From NCBI GenBank assembly GCA_949290785.1, contig CASETE010000012.1:431-64430 (forward strand): a stretch of 64,000 bases of DNA. Direction: 5' to 3'. The position numbers and the translations under genes were made by a program. This DNA is from an uncultured Pseudomonadota bacterium (GTDB lineage: Bacteria > Pseudomonadota > Alphaproteobacteria > Rs-D84). Under the pieces are notes generated by a model, which worked only from the letters and a program-made list of their open reading frames with translations, was not told the origin of the DNA and did no database searches. This document shows positions 45,647 to 57,124 of the stretch, piece after piece (within the stretch, counting starts at the first letter, position 1; every line of letters starts with the position of its first letter).

Positions 45647-47413
45647 TCATTCTATAATGTCATGAAATATTTCTGCGGGTATGGTTCCGCCCGTTATTTT
45701 AGATGACATCGGCGAAAAATCGTCATTTCCCATCCAAACGCCGATAACCAAATCATTAAAGGCCCCTATGAACCATGCATCTCTGTTATTATTACTGGTA
45801 CCAGTCTTGCCGCCCAACACACCGGGAACCATCGCCCGATGACCTGTTCCACCCGCTTGCACAACATCTTTTAACAAAACCGTCATATACTCAACCGTCT
45901 GAGGCAACAGCACCTGTATCGGTTCCGACGGATTTCTTTCGTATAAAACATTTCCTTTTAAGTCTGTGATTTTAGTAATAGAATATGGACGCACTGAATT
46001 GCCATCGTTCCATATAACCGCATATATCGTCGTCAAATCCAGCAAAGACATTTCTGACGCCCCAAGCACAGTAGAATATTCGCGACGCAACTTATTTCCT
46101 ACGCCCAAGCGTCCCGCCATATTTAACACGGTATCGATACCATAGGTCTCGGTTAGTTTTAAAGGAACCGAATTAACGCTTTTTGCAAAAGCGGTGGCCA
46201 GAGTTATATCGCCATAATACCGACCGTTATAATTTTTAGGATTATAATCGCCAATCGCAAAAGGAGAATCATTTACATACGACTCGGGCGTCAAACCGTT
46301 TTCCAACGCAACTAAATACACAACTGGTTTAAAAGAACTGCCGGGTTGCCGCATCGCCAAAACCCTGTTAAATTGACTTTCTTGATAATCCGTTCCACCA
46401 ACCATCGCACGTACAGCACCGTCGGTATTCATCGCAACAACCGCACCTTGATATTCACCGACCTTACCCGGCAAAATATCGGCAATATGTTCTTGGAAAG
46501 ACGTGTCCAAGGTAGTATATACAAGCATATCTGAATCAAACACGCCAATTCTAGACCGAACCTCGTCCATGACGAAATCCGTCCAATAGCGATACACGTT
46601 TGTATTCTGCGCAGGTATCGCAGGCGACAATTCTTTTGCCGCGATACGCGCCTGATTTAAAGATATAAAACCTTGGCGCACCATTTCTTGTAATATTATT
46701 CGCGCACGCGCAATGTTTTTATCGGGATTACGTAAAGGACTGTACGTCGTTGGCGCCTTTAACATCGCAGCAATTTGAGCCGCCTGTGCAATACTAAGAT
46801 CATTCGCAGACGTCTGGAACATGGTACGCGCGGCCGCATCAATGCCACGCATGCCACCGACTAAAGAAACCCTGTTCATGTACAAGTCTAAAATCTGATT
46901 CTTATTAAATCTGTTTTCTAGCCAATAAGATAATATTAATTCCTGAACCTTTCTTGATAGTTTTTTTTCGCGCGATAAAAATATGTTCTTGGCCGTCTGT
47001 TGCGTAATAGAAGAACCGCCCGCCGCAATGCGCCCATGAATCAAATTAGAAAATACAGCACGCGTTATTCCCCTGATATCTATCGGTCCATGTTCAAAAA
47101 ACCTTTTATCTTCAATCGCAACTATGGCTTGCCAAACATAAGGCGGCAAAGTTTCCACCGAAACAGGCGTACCCATAATCCTATTAGAAGCACGCAATTC
47201 GTTACCATCTTTATCCAAAAACACAACCGTCGCAGGACGCGTTTCGTGCAGTATCGCATCCAAAGAAGGCATTTGCAAAAATATCACCACAACATAAATA
47301 GAAACCGCAACGCATAATAACAAAAATAAGTCTATGCACCAAACAAACACACGCAACTTTAATGAAGGCGCTTTTTTTTCTTCTTGTTTTTGTTTGTCTG
47401 ACTTAAACAACAC
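45647..47413 (-). CDS. Bifunctional penicillin-binding protein (GT51 transglycosylase + transpeptidase, PBP1A class)
   Basis: GT51 motifs EDKRFFEHGPID, GGSSITQQ and RKVQE; transpeptidase motifs SSFKP and KTGT. GTG start. Confidence 0.9.
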   Translation of the reverse strand: MLFKSDKQKQEEKKAPSLKLRVFVWCIDLFLLLCVAVSIYVVVIFLQMPSLDAILHETRPATVVFLDKDGNELRASNRIMGTPVSVETLPPYVWQAIVAIEDKRFFEHGPIDIRGITRAVFSNLIHGRIAAGGSSITQQTAKNIFLSREKKLSRKVQELILSYWLENRFNKNQILDLYMNRVSLVGGMRGIDAAARTMFQTSANDLSIAQAAQIAAMLKAPTTYSPLRNPDKNIARARIILQEMVRQGFISLNQARIAAKELSPAIPAQNTNVYRYWTDFVMDEVRSRIGVFDSDMLVYTTLDTSFQEHIADILPGKVGEYQGAVVAMNTDGAVRAMVGGTDYQESQFNRVLAMRQPGSSFKPVVYLVALENGLTPESYVNDSPFAIGDYNPKNYNGRYYGDITLATAFAKSVNSVPLKLTETYGIDTVLNMAGRLGVGNKLRREYSTVLGASEMSLLDLTTIYAVIWNDGNSVRPYSITKITDLKGNVLYERNPSEPIQVLLPQTVEYMTVLLKDVVQAGGTGHRAMVPGVLGGKTGTSNNNRDAWFIGAFNDLVIGVWMGNDDFSPMSSKITGGTIPAEIFHDIIE

Positions 47414-47514
47414 CTAATCACCCCACTTCTCGTATAACGAATTATATCACAAACGACTTGCGTCATTCTAGTATTTATCGTTATAATCTTAGCATATAAA
47501 ACAGGGGGAAAGAT

Positions 47515-48156
47515 ATGAAAAAAATAATCTGTATACTTGGATGTCTTGTTGCTTTACCGGCAATGGCTGACGAATGGTATGAAGAATACAGATATGACTC
47601 GCGTCCTCAATACGATACTTATATTGGTTTACGTATACATCAGAACAAGCACTTGGCGATGAAATATGATGTAACTGGTGGCTTAAACACAACTATAAAA
47701 GACGATTCTATGGGCATAGGACTAAATATAGGCAACCGTTTAACAAACCATGTAAAATTGGAATTTGAAACGTCTTATACCGGCGGTCAAGATAATAAAT
47801 ACGACACCGATTTTGAATTTGATATTTGGTCTAATATGTTGAACATGTATTTATATCAAGAGTTTGGCGGCGCAGTTGAGACGTATGCAGGTCTGGGCGT
47901 TGGCATCGCAAGCAAATGGGGCGACGTAACGAACGCACATGCAAAAATGTCTGACACATCTACGGACCTGTCATGGGCGGCAATGCTTGGCGTAAACTTC
48001 GCTTTAAACAGCAGGCTAGATTTAAACGTCGGCGTAAAATATCAAAACTATGGCGACATAAAGCATATTAGCAACGACAAAACATACGCAACGACAAAAA
48101 TTGACGCGACAGAAATATATATCGGTGCCGCGTACAAGTTCGGACTAGGTTTGTAA
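47515..48156 (+). CDS. Small outer membrane beta-barrel protein (OmpA-beta-barrel/Omp25-like)
   Basis: Signal peptide ...LPAMA, 8-strand pattern and C-terminal YIGAAYKFG. Confidence 0.7.
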   Translation: MKKIICILGCLVALPAMADEWYEEYRYDSRPQYDTYIGLRIHQNKHLAMKYDVTGGLNTTIKDDSMGIGLNIGNRLTNHVKLEFETSYTGGQDNKYDTDFEFDIWSNMLNMYLYQEFGGAVETYAGLGVGIASKWGDVTNAHAKMSDTSTDLSWAAMLGVNFALNSRLDLNVGVKYQNYGDIKHISNDKTYATTKIDATEIYIGAAYKFGLGL

Positions 48157-48171
48157 TTTATATTTAATTGG

Positions 48172-50199
<2,028 letters not shown>

Positions 50200-50221
50200 T
50201 TAATACAACGGAAATATCAAC

Positions 50222-50467
50222 TTAGGGCTTTTGCCTTTCTTGCGGAAAATATTTCGCAAATTCTGCCCAAGTAGTATTTGTCGCTTTCATAATTTTAACA
50301 AGACTGCCGACCGACATCCAATGCGGCTTACCATATGCATTTTGACGCTTACTTTTATTCAAGGCTGTTATGTCCATACCACTAATCTGCGCCATCCGAG
50401 AACAAGATATATTGTTAGCAGCCGCTAAATTATCTATCGCTTTCCAGAACATTTTATTCGTAAGCAT
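50222..50467 (-). CDS. Small helix-turn-helix DNA-binding protein
   Basis: Start at ATG 50467 with RBS GGAGGA. ISCSRMAQISGMDITALNKSKR resembles an XRE/repressor-type HTH. Confidence 0.6.
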   Translation of the reverse strand: MLTNKMFWKAIDNLAAANNISCSRMAQISGMDITALNKSKRQNAYGKPHWMSVGSLVKIMKATNTTWAEFAKYFPQERQKP

Positions 50468-50629
50468 GTTTTCCTCCACGATTCTTATACAGCCCTTATA
50501 TTCCCAAGAATATATTCTAATTATGATTGTATTCACATATAAAATCAATCATTTTTTTATAAGAAAAGAATCATATAAAAAACCCACATTTCTGCGGGTT
50601 TTATTTTAAAAGTACACATTAACCGGTTC

Positions 50630-51439
50630 TTATTCGTCCAAAGCCTTTAATAATATGTCCTTCATTTCGTTTGGCATCATGCCGGTTGTTGAATATCCAC
50701 AATCAACATGATGTATTTCGCCTGTAACGGCGCTGGACAAATTACTAAACAAATAAACGGCTGCGCCAGACACATCTTCCAACGTCATATTACGACGCAA
50801 TGGTGTCGTTTCAGAATTCAAGCGCAACATAGCCTTAAATCCGCCCACACCGGACGATGCCAATGTCATAATAGGGCCTGCACTGATGGCGTTAACGCGA
50901 ATTTTGTCTTTACCTAAATCGGACGCCAGATAACGTACACTGCTGTCTAACGCGGACTTTGCGACACCCATAACGTTATAGTTAGGTACAGACTTTTCAC
51001 CGCCATAATATGTCAAAGCAACGATACTGCCACCGTCTGTCATTAATTTAGATGCACGACGCGTTAAATCAACCAAAGAATACACGGAAATATCCATAGT
51101 ATTTTTGAAGTTATCGCGCGTTGTGTCTGCATAACGCCCAGTCAATTCGTTTTTGTCCGAGAAAGCGATAGCATGCAACATATCGTCCAGATGTCCCCAC
51201 TCTTTTTCAATTGCGGCGAACAAAGCATCCATCTGTTCATCGTTTTGAACGTTGCATTCTTGAACAAATTTAGCATCGATTGATTCGGCCAATGGGCGAA
51301 CGCGTTTTTCAAGGTTTGGCATAGCATAAGGCATAGCGATTTCAGCGCCTTCTTCGTGAGCACGTTTAGCGATGGCCCAAGCCATAGACCAATCGTTAGC
51401 GACGCCTGTAATCAGAATCTTTTTTCCTTTTAGTAACAT
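50630..51439 (-). CDS. fabI: Enoyl-[acyl-carrier-protein] reductase (NADH)
   Basis: LLKGKKILITGVAN, catalytic Y-x6-K (YNVMGVAKSAL) and IRVNAISAGP. Confidence 0.93.
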   Translation of the reverse strand: MLLKGKKILITGVANDWSMAWAIAKRAHEEGAEIAMPYAMPNLEKRVRPLAESIDAKFVQECNVQNDEQMDALFAAIEKEWGHLDDMLHAIAFSDKNELTGRYADTTRDNFKNTMDISVYSLVDLTRRASKLMTDGGSIVALTYYGGEKSVPNYNVMGVAKSALDSSVRYLASDLGKDKIRVNAISAGPIMTLASSGVGGFKAMLRLNSETTPLRRNMTLEDVSGAAVYLFSNLSSAVTGEIHHVDCGYSTTGMMPNEMKDILLKALDE

Positions 51440-51561
51440 TTTAAACTTCCTTATATTTAATTATTGGACGACAAGAATATAGCACTAAAAAAGCAAAGTA
51501 TCAATAATTAAAAAAAATACTTGAAAAGGAATAAAAAGTATTATAAGATACAGCACGTTAT

Positions 51562-51637
51562 TCGGGCATAGTTCAGTCGGTAGAACAACGGACTGTTAAT
51601 CCGTATGTCACTGGTTCGAGTCCAGTTGCCCGAGCCA
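51562..51637 (+). tRNA. tRNA-Asn (GTT)
   Basis: Cloverleaf with acceptor tcgggca/tgcccga, anticodon stem acgga/tccgt with loop ctGTTaa, T-loop ttcgagt, encoded CCA. Confidence 0.9.
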
Positions 51638-51644
51638 AGGATTT

Positions 51645-51718
51645 CCGCAGGTTTCTGCGGATTTTTTATTATCTGTCTTCTACCCCGTTTTTATGCAAAA
51701 TTGGATGAAGGTTGCTCT
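51645..51718 (+). repeat. Direct repeat copy 1 (includes the tRNA-Asn terminator hairpin)
   Basis: ccgcagGtttctgcggattttttat...tttttatgcaaaattggatgaaGgtTgctct matches 53399-53472 except for a central 12-nt patch and a few substitutions. Confidence 0.8.
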
Positions 51719-52114
51719 AAATTGCCCTAGTTATAAAACAAAAACACATATTTGACACACTTAAATCAAAACATATTTTTATTTTCTTTTATTTCTCTTT
51801 TTTATATCTCGACTTCAAATGAGCTTTCTGTCCTTTGGTTGGAACAAGATGTATTTTCTTATTATTCGTTACTTCCCTTATGAGCATGCCGCATACATGT
51901 CTTCGATTATATACAATATTAAAAACTAAATCATAAGCAGAAATAAGTTTAGCTTCTTGGTCAATTCAGCCTTTTGACTATATATTCGATTTCTATGCTC
52001 TTTGTTTTTTCATATGCTGTTTAGTTATAAACTGCAAAACATAAAATACAAATCATCAAATAATTATTTTTTATCTTATTGAATATATAGATATAAACAG
52101 ATATAATTAACGTG

Positions 52115-53077
52115 ATGAAAAGAGAAATTTTTAAAACTGCTGGCTTTATACGAACACCAGAAAATATAATAAATATAAAATCTAACAACAATGTTTCAAA
52201 ATGGCTTGAAGAACAACAGGTTCCTGATGCTTTGGATTTTTATAATCTTAGCTCCGATGCTAACTTCATACGCTATTTTAATGAAGTCTGGAATCAAGTT
52301 TTAGAAAAAACAGAATTACAAAATGTTGTCTATGTAATTTCTAATTACTTGTTTGATGACTCTTTTCCACCTGCATGGGATATGTTTGAAAGGAATAGAG
52401 TTGATATGTTACCTGCTGTCATAATACTAACAGGTTGGCAACAACATATGAAAAATATGGCGAAAAAAAATTTTTCACCAGAACAAATAGAATTTCATAA
52501 AAACGAAATTAAAAATTCTATAACCAATGGCTTATACGTTTATAATCAACCAGGTATGCTTATGTCTGGAATGATTTGGTCCAGCATTGTTGTTCGCGCC
52601 AACCTAATTAAGTTGGGTCGTTTACAATATGAAACAAAAACAGCAGAAGATTTTTACGCATGCAAAGATATTGCAGCCGGAGAAAATATAATTGGAATGC
52701 ATATACCACGTGGACAACCGCTTTTCCCGGAAGATGTGAACAAATCTATAACAGAGGCGAAAAAATATTTCAGAAACGCTAAATTCGTTTGTGAAACTTG
52801 GTTATTAGGCAAGGAGTTAGGTGATTACTTAAAACCAGAAAGTAATATAGCGAACTTTCGCAACCATTTTAATGTAGTAAAAACTCTTGATGCAGAATCA
52901 ATCTATCGTTTCTTATTTAATGAAACAAGTAAAAAACCAGATATTTCTAAACTACCTCAAGATACTTCGTTGCGGAAATCAGTAAAGCAAGCAATGTTAT
53001 CTGGCAGACATTTTCATGATGCAATCGGTGTTCTGTCAAATAATTTAAGTACTAAATTAAATACAAAAACAAAATAA
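52115..53077 (+). CDS. Hypothetical protein, possibly GNAT-like acyltransferase (NAT_N/GNAT_C type)
   Basis: LGRLQYE...IGMHIPRGQPLFPEDVNKSITEAKKYF...FVCETWLL resembles the conserved core of that family as I recall it. The gene is visibly AT-rich. ATG 52115 is preferred over GTG 52112. Confidence 0.5.
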   Translation: MKREIFKTAGFIRTPENIINIKSNNNVSKWLEEQQVPDALDFYNLSSDANFIRYFNEVWNQVLEKTELQNVVYVISNYLFDDSFPPAWDMFERNRVDMLPAVIILTGWQQHMKNMAKKNFSPEQIEFHKNEIKNSITNGLYVYNQPGMLMSGMIWSSIVVRANLIKLGRLQYETKTAEDFYACKDIAAGENIIGMHIPRGQPLFPEDVNKSITEAKKYFRNAKFVCETWLLGKELGDYLKPESNIANFRNHFNVVKTLDAESIYRFLFNETSKKPDISKLPQDTSLRKSVKQAMLSGRHFHDAIGVLSNNLSTKLNTKTK

Positions 53078-53103
53078 AACCGTCATCATGACGGTTTTAT
53101 TTT
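53078..53103 (+). terminator. Intrinsic terminator after 52115-53077
   Basis: aaaaccgtc-atcat-gacggtttt. Confidence 0.7.
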
Positions 53104-53398
53104 TATCTTTGTCTTTAGATAATGACGAATGCTTTGTATACCTGTCTTCTTGCATAGGCAAATCAGAATTACCAAGCGCACTGATAAAAACTGTCAAAAA
53201 CGGAATTGTGTCTTATAAAGATGTTGCTATTTTTCAAAAACCGAGCAATCTAATCAAAATGCTTAAACTAGACAGACCAATTTATTCAGATTTATGCCGT
53301 GTCGGAATATCAGGCATTTTATTTGCGGATAACACCGCAAAGCAAAAACCGAGCTATATAGCTTAATATTAGACAAACTCTAAGCAACAAACGAAAAA

Positions 53399-53472
53399 CC
53401 GCAGATTTCTGCGGATTTTTTATCGTCTGGCGGCTGCCTTATTTTTATGCAAAATTGGATGAAAGTCGCTCT
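53399..53472 (+). repeat. Direct repeat copy 2
   Basis: See 51645-51718. Confidence 0.8.
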
Positions 53473-53556
53473 CGACACCCAGCACAAAATACAAAAAACT
53501 TCCTGCCATATTGACAGGAAGTTGACAGCTTTTGATTTTCAATCGCAGGTTTAGCT

Positions 53557-55122
53557 TTAGAACAATTTGAATTTATAATTTGTTCCAGCTCTGAAACTTA
53601 CATTAGAATCAGACAAACCTGCCGCAGCATTAACAGACCATCTGTCCGTCAAGCCCAACGCAGCCCCAAAAGCAACCGCCGATTGAGAGTTATAATAACC
53701 ATACCCCCCACCAACAGATAATTCGCCCTTGTCAACGTCAGAGACCGCAACCGCCGACATAGCAGCCGTACTGGCAATACCAGCTGATAGTTCTTTTTCC
53801 AACGTATTTACGCGGTTATCCGTATAAGCATTTGCTGCCCTTAACGTCAATTCACTTTGGGCATCTGTATACGCTTTCGCCGCCCCCAAGGTCAGTTCGT
53901 CACCAGCAATACGGTCTGCTGTTTCTTGAGCAATTGCCGCCGTATTTGTTGCGATTTTACCGTCCAACACTGCTTCTGCTGCTATCGCGCGCTCTGTTTC
54001 TGCGGTTATCGCATCGGTATTTGCGGTTATCGCATCGGTATTTGCGGTAATTCTGTCACCCAAGGCTTCTTCCGCAGCTGTCGCCCGGTCTGTTTCAGTT
54101 GCAATCGCATCAGATATCGCCCCTCCTTCTGCCAAAGAGTCATTTATTGCAGAATTAGCACCGTTTTCAATTGTTTCTAAAATTGGCGCATCATATGTGC
54201 CCTTGGCAGCATTATACAAGGCTTCTTCCGCTGCTTGTTGATTTGCCGCATTCTGCTGATTTGCCTGCGCCTGTGCCAACAAGTCCTCTGCTTCGCCGAC
54301 GGTTGCAAAATTATCGTTCAGATCTTGAATTATATCGCTGTCAGCATTAAATATATCTTGCGCAGCACCAAAGTTTGTCTGTTCCGTTACCCAGTTTGCA
54401 GCGGTCGTTGATACGTTTGATTCAAAAATCGCTTTGTCAGAATCATATTCGGCTTTCAAGTTTGTGAATAAAGTTTCCAATTCGGACCCGGCATCTGGCG
54501 TTTGAACTGCCCCGTCCATATTTAACAACTGTGAACCATCAGGTGACAATTTATATTGTGTACCCGTACTTAAAGCGGCCGTATACATACCACCGTCCAA
54601 ACTGGTAACATCTTCGCCATTAATTTGTGCGCTGCCGTTCGTTGTTGTAACAACTATACCGCCGGCAGATGCAGACAAAGTCTGTTCTGTTACCATATTT
54701 TGTGCTGTTTCACCTAATGTAACAGTGTCGCCGTTACCATTCTTGTAAGAATAGTTGTTTCTGTCAATTGTTGCCCCAGCAACGATTTCTTGGGTTGTGG
54801 TTACATCGCCTGTTGCCGTGGACGTACCGGTAAAATCACTTTGTTCTGGTATACCAGTAGAAAAATCTGCCGTACCGCCGTCTTTATCGGTATAGGTAAA
54901 TTTTGTCATATCAGGATTCGTTCCATATGCAACGTCAGAAACGGTGGAACCGTCAGACGCCTCATACGAATATGTTGTATCAGCCAAAGGATCAGATACG
55001 TTAGCAATGGTTTCACCATCTTCTTTTGTATAATTACCTGCAAAAGTAACATCCGTTGCAGCGTTTGCCGCGCAAGAAATACTTATTGCAAATAACGATG
55101 TTAAAAAAACATGTTTTTTCAT
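53557..55122 (-). CDS. Trimeric autotransporter adhesin (YadA-like C-terminal anchor)
   Basis: Signal peptide ...SCAANA, coiled-coil stalk repeats (ITANTDAITANTDAITAETERAIAAE, neck-like AYTD) and C-terminal anchor GIASTAAMSAV...GYYNSQSAVAFGAA...FRAGTNYKF. Confidence 0.88.
   Translation of the reverse strand: MKKHVFLTSLFAISISCAANAATDVTFAGNYTKEDGETIANVSDPLADTTYSYEASDGSTVSDVAYGTNPDMTKFTYTDKDGGTADFSTGIPEQSDFTGTSTATGDVTTTQEIVAGATIDRNNYSYKNGNGDTVTLGETAQNMVTEQTLSASAGGIVVTTTNGSAQINGEDVTSLDGGMYTAALSTGTQYKLSPDGSQLLNMDGAVQTPDAGSELETLFTNLKAEYDSDKAIFESNVSTTAANWVTEQTNFGAAQDIFNADSDIIQDLNDNFATVGEAEDLLAQAQANQQNAANQQAAEEALYNAAKGTYDAPILETIENGANSAINDSLAEGGAISDAIATETDRATAAEEALGDRITANTDAITANTDAITAETERAIAAEAVLDGKIATNTAAIAQETADRIAGDELTLGAAKAYTDAQSELTLRAANAYTDNRVNTLEKELSAGIASTAAMSAVAVSDVDKGELSVGGGYGYYNSQSAVAFGAALGLTDRWSVNAAAGLSDSNVSFRAGTNYKFKLF
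54001..54048. repeat. 21-bp tandem repeat inside the adhesin gene (2.3 copies)
   Basis: tgcggttatcgcatcggtatt occurs twice, followed by a partial third copy. It encodes the ITANTDA heptads. Confidence 0.85.
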
Positions 55123-55386
55123 AAGTTTTCCTTTTTGTTAGTACTTCACATACGTTTAAACACTAAACGTTCACAGGAAATATGTCACAAACCAACGATT
55201 GTGTTCCTACTAGCAAAATCAGAAAAAACAAACATGCAACAAGACCCCTACAAACGTCTGTATCAATTGAAAAACAGGCGTTTTTTTATTCTTGGGTGCA
55301 AATAAATAAATTTAGAAAAAAAGTAGTTGATTTAATGGTTCTATTAAATTGACCAATTGTACAACAACTTAACGAGGGAGTTTTTT

Positions 55387-55986
55387 ATGGCTATCATAGG
55401 TTATATCCGCGTCAGTTCTTGCAAGCAGACGCACGAACATCAAAAATATGAAATAGAGCAATTCGCTAAACTTCATAACATAAAAATAGATACTTGGGTG
55501 CAAGAAACCATTTCTTCCAGAAAGCCTCTTAACAAAAGACAACTGGGGAATCTGTTGGACGAATTATACCCCGGCGATATCTTGATTGCTTGCGAAATAT
55601 CCCGGCTGGGTCGTTCTCTGCTGGAAGTAATGAAAATTCTGGAACAGTGCCTTAATAAAAATTGCCAAGTGTGGACGATAAAAGAAAACTATCGGTTGGG
55701 AAACGATATCCAATCCAAAGTCATGGCGTTCGCTTTCGGCCTGTCTGCCGAAATAGAACGCAACCTTATCAGTCAACGAACCAAGGCTTCGTTGGACAGC
55801 ATCAAGGCTTCTGGTAAAAAACTGGGGCGACCGTTTGCGGCGCAATCAAAAAAATTAAAGTTGTCCAAAAACACAAAAAAAATCAAACTCTTGTTGAATA
55901 ACGGTGTATCTAAAAACCAGATTGCCAAACTTATGGGGGTGCAAAATATAACTTTGCGCAGATTCTTGCAACGTTTGGATTTATAA
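55387..55986 (+). CDS. Small serine recombinase (resolvase/invertase family)
   Basis: MAIIGYIRVSSCKQ (catalytic Ser), ISRLGRS and C-terminal HTH (SKNQIAKLMGVQNITLRRFL). RBS GAGGGA; start moved to 55387. Confidence 0.88.
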   Translation: MAIIGYIRVSSCKQTHEHQKYEIEQFAKLHNIKIDTWVQETISSRKPLNKRQLGNLLDELYPGDILIACEISRLGRSLLEVMKILEQCLNKNCQVWTIKENYRLGNDIQSKVMAFAFGLSAEIERNLISQRTKASLDSIKASGKKLGRPFAAQSKKLKLSKNTKKIKLLLNNGVSKNQIAKLMGVQNITLRRFLQRLDL

Positions 55987-56006
55987 AAAAACGCCCCAGT
56001 GGGGCG
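55985..56006 (-). terminator. Terminator of the DUF378 gene
   Basis: Minus strand reads cgcccc-act-ggggcg followed by ttttttt. Confidence 0.65.
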
Positions 56007-56037
56007 GATGACATGAATTATTGTTTTTCTGTTTTAT

Positions 56038-56244
56038 TTAATTATTAGACATTTTTTCAACCAGCATGATTATCAACCATACTAATGCTGCAATACCAAC
56101 CAAACTGTATACTATACTGCTGGCAAGCGTCGCAGGGCCAAATATAAACGCAACTAGGTCAAAACCAAATATACCTATCAGTCCCCAGTTCAAAGCACCG
56201 ATAAAGGTTAACGGTTTTAAAACATAGTCTGTCAGTCCTCTCAT
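56038..56244 (-). CDS. DUF378 family small membrane protein
   Basis: LTFIGALNWGLIGIFGFDLV is the DUF378 signature. Start at ATG 56244 with RBS AAGGAGAA. Confidence 0.75.
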   Translation of the reverse strand: MRGLTDYVLKPLTFIGALNWGLIGIFGFDLVAFIFGPATLASSIVYSLVGIAALVWLIIMLVEKMSNN

Positions 56245-56446
56245 CTTTTTCTCCTTTTCAAGGTTTGTTAAAAGTGTCACTAAGACAATATAATTATAAA
56301 CTTTTTTCAACGACCGTTCAATCACAATACTGGACTTAGGAAAAGGTACCTATCCCGCAGAAAACAAAGCGTTTCAATATTACATACAAGAACATATTGC
56401 CACAAAAACAACCCACAAAAACGCGCTTGTACAACCGCCGTTTATA

Positions 56447-57124
56447 TCAATCTTTATCTAAAATGCGCTGAATAGCAAAATTGGCCAACATCAAACCAAA
56501 AGCGCCTGTTACCGTTATAACAGAACCGAACGTTTTTCCTGTTACGTTTTTATCAGCGGGCTCCACAGAATATACAGTATCAAAATCTTTCAGTTTTTCT
56601 TCTTTTACAATCTTTCTTATTTTTGACGCCAACGGACATACTTTAGTTTCTGTAATTTTACCGTATTTAATTTTTGATACGTCCGTTTTTCGTGCGGCGC
56701 CCATACTGGATATAAATGGAACGTCTTTATCTTGGCACCACTTATACAACGCAATTTTGGGTTCAACTGTATCAATCGCATCTATGACAAAATCGGGCGT
56801 TTCTGCAAGCCGCGCATTTGCGTCAAAAAACATATTATACGCGCTGACCTTGATATCAGGCGAAATATCATGGATTCTGTCTGACGCAACAAATACCTTT
56901 GGCTTACCGATGGTACTGTGCAGTGCAAACAACTGACGATTTATGTTGGTCTCTTCTATTTTATCAAAATCAACCAAAATCAAATGCCCGATACCGCTGC
57001 GCGCCAACGCCTCTATCGCAAAAGAACCAACCGCGCCACAACCAACTATCATTACACTGGAACTTTGTAACTTGTTCATCGCACTGTCGCCAAACAACAA
57101 GCGCGTTCTATGCAGTCTGTCCAT
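56447..57124 (-). CDS. tcdA: tRNA threonylcarbamoyladenosine dehydratase (ThiF/E1-like)
   Basis: RTRLLFGDSAMNKLQSSSVMIVGCGAVGS...LVDFDKIEETNINRQ. Confidence 0.8.
   Translation of the reverse strand: MDRLHRTRLLFGDSAMNKLQSSSVMIVGCGAVGSFAIEALARSGIGHLILVDFDKIEETNINRQLFALHSTIGKPKVFVASDRIHDISPDIKVSAYNMFFDANARLAETPDFVIDAIDTVEPKIALYKWCQDKDVPFISSMGAARKTDVSKIKYGKITETKVCPLASKIRKIVKEEKLKDFDTVYSVEPADKNVTGKTFGSVITVTGAFGLMLANFAIQRILDKD

Noticed and set aside
53088-53366. 92-aa ORF after the islet gene
   Set aside because: Its start codon lies inside the terminator hairpin of the upstream gene and it has no RBS. The region is AT-rich non-coding-looking sequence immediately before direct repeat copy 2. Coding status is not supportable.
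54001-54048. Tandem repeat considered as a CRISPR-like or minisatellite element
   Set aside because: There are only 2.3 copies with no spacers, and the repeat lies in frame inside the adhesin coding sequence. It is a coding heptad repeat.
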